A stretch of 64,000 nt of DNA. Source: Asterias rubens (lineage: Eukaryota). Below, in pieces: positions 22,382 to 34,500 of the stretch (position 1 is the stretch's first letter; every line of letters begins with the position of its first letter). The notes beneath the pieces were generated by a model. The model did no database searches. It saw nothing but the letters and a program-made list of their open reading frames with translations, and was not told where the DNA came from. The DNA lies in contig NC_047076.1 in the NCBI RefSeq assembly GCF_902459465.1, positions 13,020,001-13,084,000 of the forward strand, written 5' to 3'. A program made the translations under genes and the position numbers.

Positions 22382-25300
22382 ATCAAGAGACCAAACTTTT
22401 ATCTGAAAATGTTTTTGTTACATTATTCAAGATAACCACATGAGGTTGGACGAAACATTCATAGTTTGGTGCCGCTTCAACATGATGAGACTTTGTTTGA
22501 AGCATATACGGATTTATTTTAACATATAAGTATACATATTTTATAATCTGTTTTCCCAATACGTTCGAGATCGTTGACAACAAAAAAAGAGAAGAGGCAA
22601 TTCACTCGGGTGGATTCGAGTTGTCATAATGCCCTTTACATAATGGCTAAAAGCGCGCAATTATACACAGAATGGAAGAAAAATGGTGAACAGAAAACTA
22701 GCCAAGCTTCTTGTTTCAGGCCAGTGCCAAGACGTGTTCTGTATGGAGTACTTTTAGTAAACAATGTATTATGGATGCGGTTGTTTGATTACCATGTTAT
22801 TAACAGAATTATCATAACTAAACTTCAGATCTCCTAGTTGTTTCATGCCAATGGACATACCAACATGGGCATACATCCGTTCTGTATTACGGAGTTCTAG
22901 TAAACAATGTACAGATTATAAATACTTTGTTGTTTGATTATGAGTGGTTAGTTACAGATCATGTTATGTTATTATTCAGAATTATCATATGAATACATTT
23001 AATCAGATATTCTTGTGTCTTTTTAATGCAGGGTAACGGTTTTGTTTATTTTGTTACATAGCCTACTATTGCCTTTAAATATGAATGCATTCTCTTTTGT
23101 TTTAAGCTCTGTGAATTTTTTTGGCAGCTATTTACTGTCTCCATGAATTAGGGGGCCTACAGGTGTAATTCAATTATGGAACTCTCATAAGGAAGTAACT
23201 TCATCTGCTGCATTACTGTTTTGATTTTTGATTTATTTATTGTTAAGTTATTAAAAAAACATCTGAAGTTGGCAAGCTATAGCTCTATGATTATACGCAC
23301 GATCCTTTATTTTTTCAACCCCATCCGGGTTCGGGAAACAGTTTCATAATGTTCGCGTTCCGACATCCATTGACTATGAGGCTCCCATTTCAAACAAGAG
23401 TGAAACTTAAGGGGTGCAGTAGGGCAAATTTCAAAAAGACTTATAATTCTTTGTTTCCATATCTATGTTCTTGTCCTTTATTTTCCGACATAAGTACATT
23501 TTAAATTGTTCGGGTCAAAACTGTCACCATAGATATGTCAGCTCCCAAAAAGCTCTTCTAGCAAGATGTAAATAAAAGTGTGCATTTTAAATTGCCCCCC
23601 CCCCCCCCCAAAAAAAAAAAAAAAAATTAAGCCAAAAACCGTAATACTTCATATCTACCAAACACAAACTATCAAAATCAGACGACACATTTTAGGGGTC
23701 ATTTGAAACAATTAAAACTTAATTTACATCAAATTGGGCTTCATGGACGGTGATGAAAGCCTACGTATTTTAAATAAAAAATTAGTAAATCGTTCCGTGT
23801 ATTAGTTACCCCTTCTGGATGATTCACTGGATCGTTGGGTTACCACCACACTTACGGGTGTAAGCCTTGTCGTTACCGCAGTATACTCAATCTGAACTTC
23901 TTTCCGGTGTTTTTCCCTTAATTTTGAACTTGATAACCATGTGAATTAGTTCTTTCACTTTGTGCTCATCTCTCATGACACGGTTAAAGTATTATCTGTT
24001 TACTTGTTTGTTTATTTATGTATTTATTCATTTATTTCAATTATTTTTTCTCAAGTTGGTTTTTATGTCAATTTGTTGCTGATTTTATGCATGCGTTTAA
24101 CGAACAACCAGAATTAACGAATAAGAAATAATTTCCCCAACTAATGGTTTGTGATTGTTATTGCAAACTCGTTATGGATTTATGGTCAACTTAATACACA
24201 ATTCAAGTATTATTTTGGAAACTATAGGTCTTCATAAAACCCAATGCGAATATAAACTAGATCTTTGTTTTTACAGTATACTTATTTAATGATTTGAGAA
24301 TTTCCACTTGTATAATATAGTGTTATTGTATAGTTACCGATCGTTTGTATTGTATTTGCACACATTTTTTTGACAAGCCCATTTTAATTTCCCAAGTGAG
24401 GAATAATGTATATTTCTATCTATCTATCTATCTATCTATCTAATTGTAATAATACAACTTGGAGATGACGTAGGGTGTGCCCCCCCCCCCCCAGCACAAC
24501 TCAGCCTACCCCCACCCGAAAATACTTGTTTTGTGAAACATGTTGGCTATAAAATTACCAGTCATCATTTCAAAAGGTGGTCGCGTTTTTTAGGCATCAC
24601 CGAAAATCCGTCGCGGTTTTCGTAGGAAGATTAATCCACAAATGGAATACATAGTATATGAAACGTTTCTTGGGTGAAACGTTCTCGTGGCGAAATTGTT
24701 TTTCTCTAACTAGAAAGGACTTGTTTCTCAGTCAACAACTGCTTCTTTAATACATTTTAAGTTTTTATTAAGGGGGTTTAGGAGACGTGGTGCACCTCTA
24801 CCAATAACCAAATTCAGCTTCCCTTTAACGGACCAATCTCAAGTTCACAAAGATCCGGTTGATAAAAGAAAACCTGTTTATAAAGCAAATTTTCTTATAA
24901 ATCAGAAAGGAAATGTAGTGGGTTAGAAAATGGGGAATGTTGTGGCTTAATCTCCGGAAACATGTTGTGACTCTGATGGGAAAAGCAGCTGTTGAAAATG
25001 TTCGAGAATAATATCATAAAACGATCATGGCCCATGGCTATAATACCCTACAGCTATAACTAACAAAGTTTGTGTTGAAATTTTGACACTATCCGAGCTG
25101 GACATTAGTTATTTACAGCGCCCTCTTTTGACACACTGACAATCCGTTGTCAACCCAGGCCAGACAAGTGACAACATCCACACAATAGAAAAGTGATACT
25201 ATCTAGAAGCTATTACAGGCATATACCAGAGGCACTCGTAGTGCTAATTGTTGTTCTTTGTACAATCGGCTAGTGATGCACTCCTCAGCAAACTTTTGAT

Positions 25301-26321
25301 TTAGGCGCTCTACAAATTATTTGTGATTGATTGGTTGATTTACACGAGCATAATTGAAAGTTAAAATCAATCAGTTGAGTTAGGAGTTGTACAAAAACAT
25401 ACATTCAACACTATCGAACTAGTGTCACTTTGGTCCCATGATTCTTCCTTCTGGGAGAAATTATTTCACAGGAAAGTTTCATAACCTGAAAAAAAAACTT
25501 AGAGAGGTAAAGGCCAGACTTTCATCGGAAAATCTTAAATTCTATGGACAAACTTTGAAAGGACACCAAGGCTAAAGACCAGGGGCAACAGAGGCCAGGA
25601 AAAATGTTCACTCATTTTGGCGAGGTCACTAATTATGGGGAGGGGAGTGGAGGGGAAAATCAACCACTTTACAAAGGGAGATATATGTCATCATAACAAT
25701 TATTTTAAGACTCGAGGTGTCAAGAATTTTTCACTCTACAATGAACAATTTATTACATATTGCTAATAAGTCGGATAACATACATGTATTAATCAATGGC
25801 AACAGTACAAAATATTTTACAAATTAACATAAAGCAAGAATGAAACTTAAATTTGTGTCTTGTCTCCTGACTGTCATATGTTTTCACACGTTTTGTGCAC
25901 AAGAAGTTGTAAATACTCTATAGGCACCATACTACTGTAATACCATTACTGGTTTACTCGTTATCTTTTGCATATTTTATGCAAGCCAAAGGTCAAATCA
26001 AGCAACAAGCAAATTCAGAAGTTACTTCAGAACTGAATTATCAAAATCTCAGCCCAATTTGATGGCTCTGCTTACAATGTAGGCCTACTTTTACTAAGCG
26101 TAGGCTTTTTTTCTTCTTTTTTTTTAAACAAGTATGCACAAATCTGTTGCTTTCGCATACAACGTTCACACTTCACATTTCTAAGCAATATTCTCTTACG
26201 CAGCAAGAGCACAGAAATGTTGTGTTTAGACTGGTCCCCTGTTTGTATACACAATGAAGACAGGCACTGGTTTTACAAACCTAATAGTTTCATCGGATAG
26301 TCCGAACTATACATGCATAAA

Positions 26322-26470
26322 GCCCGGTTCATGCTTCCTGTGAATGTGAATGCGATACAAATTTTTACTTTGCAATGAATAATTCGCAACAGTTTGAACT
26401 GTGTTCAACTCCTGCAAACAGCCATGCGACGTAAACAAATGCTTCATATTTGCAGGAAGTATGAACCGGG
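26322..26470. mobile_element. MITE with TIR cccggttcat(g/a)cttcctg (PIF/Harbinger-like)
   Basis: Inverted termini; a partial relative lies at ~50830-50930 in RPL27 intron 4. Confidence 0.65.
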
Positions 26471-28166
26471 AGTAACTTTCAGAGCAACCAAGCTGATAGT
26501 ATTTATATCATAAGAATGGTGTGTGCGCATACACACACACATTTTGTGCGCATGCGTACACACAGTATAACTGGTCAGCATTGCAAGTTCAAAGGTAAAT
26601 CTGGCAGGATTCTTCCAGGTTCTAAGGTCAGTAACTGACAATAGTATCAGTGAACCTCAAATATTGGCCTCAAGCTTCTAATTACGTACGTAGCAATGCT
26701 TAACAGAAAGCAAATTTTCACGGTAACTATAGCAGAAAGCGTATTTTACAAGTTCGCGAAAAAAGTCCAGCTTACGCGTTTGCCATGAATTTGCACTATG
26801 AAACAAAAACTTGTGCAGTAAGCACAATATCAACCATTTAAAGTAAAGCCATAAAAGTGGGCCCAGTTCTGTATCTTCAATTGCAGCTGCATAAATCTGA
26901 ACTCACATGTCAAACACATTTTTAAAAATGACCATTTAAAAATAAACATTCATCAAGATCAAATTAATTGTTTTAGCACAAAACATTGAAAATATCAAGG
27001 CAGGGTAAAGAACAAAAACAGAAATTTCAGGAAACTTTGATTAAAACTAACACAACACTTACATTTTATACAACATCGAGGTAAACATTGGAAATTGACA
27101 ATTTCATAAACCCTTAAATGCAGCAGCGGTGCCAGTTCTGTTAATCAGGGATGGGGTGGGGCGGTAAAAGGGGGGGGAAGGCTTTATTTAAAGAGGGCAA
27201 ACATTGATTTCTTACGTAGTTTCGTACTACTGAAGAAAACAGACTTACAACAATGACAGGCTTTATATATCACCGTCATTCTTGAGGAGGGGTAAAGCAA
27301 AATAATTGCATAATTTTGTTAATGAGCCATCGCCTATTATCACAATCCCATGGACGGGCACTTTCAAGGGCTACACTTAAATAACTCTGGGTGCAAATGA
27401 TTTTGGGTTTGATTTAAATTTGGTCATCAGCAAATTGAGGTGTGAATTAGAGGGGGGGCAGGTGGGGGGGGGCCAAAGAAATTAGCTGGGTGTGGGGGAT
27501 AAACTCATACAGATTCAGTATGCTATGTCTCCACAATAGCGAAATGAACCTCAAAGTTTTAGAAGTAGGGGGATATGCATCTAATCCACCGTAGCACCGC
27601 CGCTACTGGTGAAACGTCCCGCTCTGTTGCACTGCACTGCAACAGAGCAGTCCAACCTGAGCTATTTACTTTAGTCTGAAATATTGTAGGCCCTATCAAG
27701 ATATTATGTGGTAATTCTCCACAACCAAAACAAGTCTTTCCTTTGTAAACACAATAGTGTTTACACTAAACGGTTTCAAATTGTGTTTATCAATAATTGT
27801 GTAAACACTTATATGAAATTTATATGGCCAACCACACAATGGCCGAAGGAAAAAAAAGATGCTAACCAATATAAAGTTCTTTGGGTAGGGGCCAACCAAC
27901 AATCTTTATAAAAAATACCTTAAACAAATTGTCGGCCTTTCCTTTCAAATTTTTAATGTGGATGGTCATTTTAACAAGTTTCATAAACACTCACTGTTTA
28001 TAGTGTTTATTGAACAAATATCGCAATTAGATACGGTACAGATTTTGAGTCATTCAAAATCCGCGCCGCAGGTAGCGAGTTAAAAAAAACTCCAAGAGTT
28101 AATTAATTGGTTGCCTTCAGCCAAAACATCACAAAATTCTCTTTAAAAATCAACAAGAATTATGGT

Positions 28167-28460
28167 ACATACCTGTTCCTTCCGAGAACTTTGAAGCAAC
28201 TTTGTTAACAATTCTTTTACACTTTGCTATGTACAAAAAGTAAAGGCTATTTTGACAATAGCCGACAGCGATAGGGTTGTGTACTGTATGAAACTGTGAA
28301 TGTGAGTGAGCAGACGATAAAGTTCGTCCTAAAAGTTACCAATTCTTGTTGTCCAATCAAAGCCGTTGTGACATAGTGCATACGTCAACGAACAAGCACT
28401 AGTGCAATCTAACACACTATTTGATTGGACTGTGCATGGCACAGGCACAATAATAGTCCA
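28167..28460 (-). promoter_or_regulatory. Candidate promoter and non-coding first exon of an unidentified minus-strand transcript
   Basis: CAG|GTATGT donor at 28173/28172; ATG-free ~125 nt upstream; Inr-like TCAC/TCAG motifs; inverted gtccaatcaaa CCAAT boxes at 28351 and 28420. Confidence 0.35.
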
Positions 28461-29790
28461 ATGATTTTCAACCATTTAACCACCAAAACAAGGCAAAATA
28501 TTTCTTAAAATAATTAAGTATACTAAACCATAACTATTGTTCAAACGGCAGCAGGTGTTTTTACGTAAAATTATAACAATTCCCAACATAGTTATCAATG
28601 AACAAGTCACGTTCGCTCGAACAAGTCACGTACATTAATTTGTTTTTACCTACAACAACAGAGGGCGCTATATAAGAAACACGGTGGTCAAAAAATAAGT
28701 GTTTATCATTTCTCCGAAGTGCTTCAGCGGCCATATCAAGAGGCAATATTATGAGGCATTTGGTCTGAAACAAAGATGTGAAATTTTGAAATAATACTAA
28801 AGTATTAAATAAGTTGTCTGGGATAATAAACTACGATATAGCGCCCTCTTTTGTTTAATTCTCAAAACAAAAATAAACTCCCCTAACCGGAATAGAAATA
28901 TTTAAAAGAACTCTGCTTTTCAAATTCATAATAATTTTAAAGGTAAAGTTATTATACATTTCAATATAATGGCATTAGTAAAGTAACTAATAGTAATAGC
29001 AGATGAAAGAACAAACTTGAGATAAATCTTTACATGAAAACCTTTGATAATAACGAAAGTTCAGAAGACCAATGCAATATGAACTTGACAGCTAAGTAAG
29101 CGCTTCAACATATTTAAATGCTTACTGGCAAATCTTTGTTTACACCCATGATTGATGTCAAACTTTGGTAAAATATCGTTTAGCCTTAATTGATTGTTGA
29201 TTAAAACAATGGAAGATTGAACATTTTCCTTAGTGTTTTGTTTCAGGAAGAAATTGTTAAGTTTGCCATAACAATAATAATATAAAGTTCTTATATAGCC
29301 CATTTCCAAACCCTGTTTGAGTCTTAAAGCGCTTGTTATTTTTTATTCAGGTTCTTAGAGCTATTACAAGACCCACACTTGTGACAGATTCCAATAGTTT
29401 ACAACGTACCATGGCGCATACTTCTCCGAGCTTTACCTACATTTTAATTACCAAAGGTTCACATAGTTGAATTAAAAGTACTGATGGCAATAAATAAAAA
29501 GGCATTTTTTAATTCATGGAAGCTGTCTCACAAAGAGATATAATTACTAGATGAGTATACCAAACGTGATACACATATTTTATCCAGTACCTGTTTGACC
29601 TACTTTACACATGGTCTTCTTTTGTAGGCTCTAAATATACTTTTCAGTTTATTTAATCACATTTTGGGGAGGTTTTCCCCAAAGGGCAGAAAGGAAAGCA
29701 AATTAAACCAGACTATTTTAGGGAGAATATCAGTTCTGATATAATACCTAATCTTCCAACAGACTAAACTATTCCAGCAATTTTGTTTAA

Positions 29791-30020
29791 TGTGTGCGTT
29801 CCTTTAGCTTCCCTGGGTCGACCCTGCAGTTCTCACTCGGGTGAGCCCCTGACAAGAGCTAATCGAACGATCACACGTGCCCTCTCGTGGTGACCCACTC
29901 CCAAGTGACCCACTCCACAAGCAGGGCACTGGGGGCTGACCCGGGTGAGCCCTGTAGAATCTATTTGATCGTTCCGGGACAGACCGGGGTCGACCCAGGT
30001 AGGCTAAACGACCGCAACCT
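29791..30020. mobile_element. MITE of the same TIR family as 8697-8856
   Basis: tgtgtgcgttcctttagcttccctgggtcgacc...ggggtcgacccaggtaggctaaacgaccgca. Confidence 0.75.
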
Positions 30021-31573
30021 ATATTATGTTTAAGTATTTCACCATGAAACGGGCAACAAAATTGTGGTAATTTTTGTTATGAAATACTTAACAAAATATT
30101 TCGATGATGTGCCTATCTAGAATTTAAACTGTGATTAATAGGGGGGGGGGGGCATTGGAATAATATTTGTTATTCATCAATTTAGTTTTTTGCCATGTCT
30201 TTATAAAATCATGAATTTCAGATTGATGTGTAATAGTACATAAAATCCTTCGCACTATAGGATGTAAAACAAAACACAGTGAAACAAAACACTGAAAAAT
30301 AATTAAATAAATCGACACAAATTTAAATTAAGAATGAAAGAAATGTGTGGGCCGGAATTCTTCGGTGGTCAAGTTAATCGATGCCTGCTATTTTTAAAAA
30401 TTTAGGCAACATTACGATCTGATTTGAAGACATGTTTGCAAACACTCATAGCTTTTCAAAATTGTGAAAAATTGTTGTGATAAAGTACAGAAAGTATATT
30501 TTAGAGGCCTTTCATTCCGTCTAAATCAATGCTTCTCTTTCACAAACTTTTCAAATGCCTTGCTGCTCTAGCGAAAAAGTTCGTACAGCTGTGAAAACTT
30601 AACAAAAAGTTTAATCTGAATAAATGGAAGTGTGGAATCAAATAGAATCTTGCAATCAAAACCAAGTACGTTGTAGCAGCGGAAGGGCACTTGACTTTGA
30701 AGAGAAGTAAAACAACCAATAGAAAATAGTCTGGTACCTTGCCTTAATTGTAGATGGTAAGGCACCAAACTATTTGATCAGCCTCTTTGTGGAAACTGAA
30801 GCCATATCCATAATTGTGGACACAGCTATGGCTACGACTTTTACTCAGGGTGTTGCCAAGGAATTCTTACAGAACATGGTTTTAAAGTGATCAGCAGTTC
30901 AAAATAATGTACTTCAAAATTGCATAAAATAATTCAATTTTTTAATTTGCTTGACTGATTTGTGAAATTTTTCTTTTGTGCTGTGTAAAACATAACTTCA
31001 AACGTGTGCTGTAAAGGAAACTTAATGTTAATACGCAAAAACGTTTTTGGTGCCATCTTCATAAAAATGAAATCAACAGCAACATTAAAACTTCCTATAT
31101 ACTACGTGTTCTAAATAAAACTTGAAACATGATTTTTCCTTTTGCAGGAGCATCCCAATTGTCTTCCCAATATTTTTACAAAAGTTTTCTTCATACAATA
31201 TTTTCTTCGCTTACTTTTGCAGTTATGGTACAGTTAATCACAGTTACATCAAAACATTATGCAAATTTACCTCATGAACAGTTGGTTGATCCCATCAATT
31301 ATGTGAATAAAGTACTGACAGAAAGTTTAGCATATCTCTGTAATACTTACAAAGTTGGCCAAGCCCCTTATGCAATCGAAGCTTTCCTGAAAGCTTTTCT
31401 TTAAGATGACTGGATACCAAGTATAAAGTATCCATCCATGATGATCAAGCCACACCCACTATGTAAATGAGAACCTTCCTGACAGCTGTCCGTAATGCTG
31501 ATTGGCTACCGTTTATGATGTCTTTGTCCATGTACAGTTGGCCACACCCACTATGTAAATGAGTACCTTGTTC

Positions 31574-34500
31574 TTAATGGTGATTGGCTACCGAGTTAGA
31601 TGAATTGGTCTTGGAGTGATTGTTTGTGCCATTAGCTTCCTCTGAGCTTCCAATGTCTGTGTTTTCTGCCACGTCACTGCGTGCATCTTTATCAAGTTTC
31701 TTCAAGGAATATAAAAAAAGACAGGACAAAGTTTACTTCGAATTTATAACAATATCACTTTTCTAAATTAATTTGTGCCTTCTTTAAGAAAAGCACCCGA
31801 TGATAACTGTTTAAGAAATCCTGGAGTGGATTTGACAAATCTCGAGTTAGGACGAGTAACTCATCCTAACTAAGACCTTAAGTTTTAATATCGCCTAGGA
31901 ATAGTCTTAAAATCACATAGATATCAGAATAGTCCGATTTTCTTTGTGAAATCAGCCGCTGGGCTCAGCCGCTGAACGGCCGATTTTGTGTTTACTGTCA
32001 TGACTGTGTGATTTCCATTTCAATTTGTGCTGCTAACTGTAAGCACATGAAAAAGCTGTGCTCACCCTATGGCGCTGACGTTATGGAAATTAATAACATA
32101 ACAATACAAATCCACGGTGAGCGCGCAAGCTAACTTTCTTGCTTACCTGTGAAATACACTTACACTTGGGCAAATTTCTGCTATAGTTAGCACAAAATAT
32201 GCTTACCGTTACGCAGCGCTATGAATCTGGTACCCAGACTCTTCTTTAAACTCAGTTTACTTCATCAACAGGTTACATTTCTATCACTCTAAATTTCACC
32301 AGTCGATTTCAGTAATAGACTTCTTGCATCAAGTGCAACGCTGCTTGAAAATTTGAAAATCACTGCTAGTTGAGGAACATTTACTTAACAGAACAACTAA
32401 ATACCTTTTATTATTTTTCCTGGGCAACCGTAGCGCTCCAAGGCTTTTTCATACACAATATCAACCTCTACCCTACAGGTAACCCATTTATACCCCTGTG
32501 CGAAGAGAAGCAACTGTCGTAAAGTATCTTGCTCAAGGACATAAGTGTCATAACTTGGATTCGAACTACACCCACCTTTCTTGCCTTGAGTCCACCATAC
32601 ACCATAATGACGATCAGGCTGAACCAGTAGATATGAAGCAGGTATAAGACACACAGCAATAAGGAGAAAAAATACTTGGAAGGGTACGCCCCAATGATCT
32701 CATCGCTCTCAATAAACACACTGTATATTATCCTGTAACAAAGTAGAAGAGCATGTTTTAGAGGTAAGATTTGAAACTGTGCAGGGTGGAAGTATACCTA
32801 AAAGAGGTTTACAGTTAAGCCAGTTAAAAACACTGTGTAGCTTGGAAGTCTAAGGAAACATGTTAACAAGGGTGCTTGCTGTGAGCAAGAAACACCAGGG
32901 TTAACCCCCACTCTTCCAGCAAAATTAACAATCACTGTGTAGCTTGGAAGTCTAAGGAAACATGTTAACAAGGGTGCTTGCTGTGAGCAAGAAACACCAG
33001 GGTTAACTCCCACTCTTCCAGCAAAATTAACAATCACTGTGTAGCTTGGAAGTCTAAGGAAACATGTTAACAAGGGTGCTTGCTGTGAGCAAGAAACACC
33101 AGGGTTAACCCCCCACTCTTCCAGCAAAATTAACAATCACTGTGTAGCTTGGAAGTCTAAGGAAACATGTTAACAAGGGTGCTTGCTATGAGCAAGAAAC
33201 ACCAGGGTTAACCCCCACTCTTCCAGCAAAATTAACAATCACTGTGTAGCTTGGAAGTCTAAGGAAACATGTTAACAAGGGTGCTTGCTATGAGCAAGAA
33301 ACACCAGGGTTAACCCCTACTCTTCCAGCAAAATTAACAATCACTGTGTAGCCTGTAACCTGTAAACAAATTTTATATTAAGAATGTCTGAATTGACCAA
33401 ATAATTTAAACTTACCAATATGGATACACTATAACTCGGGTGAAAAAGAATACAACAGCGAATGTGACGAAGAAGATATGGGCCAATATGCTGTAGCCCG
33501 AGTAGTTCGCAATCTTTGCACCCTGGAAATGGATGAGGGGGGAGGGAGTTTAGGTTGATGAAAGAGAGATAAAAAGATCAGGTATACGATTGTCAGAAAC
33601 TACAATCTTTGTATTAATTATGCCAATCGGTAGCTTCTGGATGTCAGGTGGCGCCAGACATACTACAGACATGTCCATTGTTTACGTAACTCTGAACATA
33701 CCTTAGAGTTATATATAAGAACTAGAGGGCACATTGATGATGTTGCTTGCACAAACGTGACGGGAGCGCCAGGAGAGTATGAACCAGGCTTTAGTCACAA
33801 AACTCACAGGTAACTGTGACACTGTCTTAATTCACATGGATTTGTGTACACATTTAGCTTACATATCGTTTCTGGTTAAGGGGATATGCATGTGGGTTTT
33901 TACTGCCTGGGTCACGCCCAATTTTCCATTCTAGGTCTGTTTATTATTGCTTTTTAGCTTCAGCATTCTTTAAGCCATTCGTTACATAGTTTTCCTATAT
34001 TCTTGTATTACAGTTTCACTCCTTGTTCATCACTGACGTCATACCTCTGGCTTGAATAAAACACTGCTGGAGCTTGGAGGCTATTTCCTGACTCTGATGT
34101 TTTTTTTCATAGAGTTTGGCTGGCTGTCTAATTTTGGTTAGAAACACCTCAAGGAGGACAGTACACTTCCCTTTAAGAAAATATGTACAGATGACGAAGA
34201 AGTAAAGACATGATTCCAAAGTTGATTCTTACCTCAAGAAAGATATCGGAGATGTCATGAATGACCATGACAAGGGATCCTATACGAGTGAAGTTACATG
34301 TGTAGGAAAACGTTATCAACACCACTGTGGCAATATGGTGCACAAAATTGGCAGCAAAGTCCTGGAAAATCAAGGAAATAAAGATATTATTATGGGTTTT
34401 TTCCAATCAGTTTTAGGGTAATCAAAGACAAATTTATCAGAACAGGATTTGAACCTGCAACCTGCAGCTGATTTCACAAAACGCTAGGATATATCCTTTC

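Larger units (their letters stand above)
12119..23270 (+). repeat. Tandem segmental duplication, copy 2 (includes the nested 2461-bp duplication)
   Basis: Colinear with 3108-12110; ends at atctgaagtt 23270, followed by unique sequence. Confidence 0.92.

Noticed and set aside
1880-22386. Many 60-110 aa antisense or alternate-frame ORFs overlapping the GPCR genes
   Set aside because: They are shadow ORFs of GC-richer coding sequence, repeated only because the genes are paralogous.
27620-27648. Perfect 11-bp hairpin as a pre-miRNA
   Set aside because: The stem is too short and cannot be extended into the flanks.
32831-33351. 102-bp array as a CRISPR array or as a 112-aa gene
   Set aside because: The units are contiguous and near-identical with no unique spacers; the ORF is just the translated repeat.
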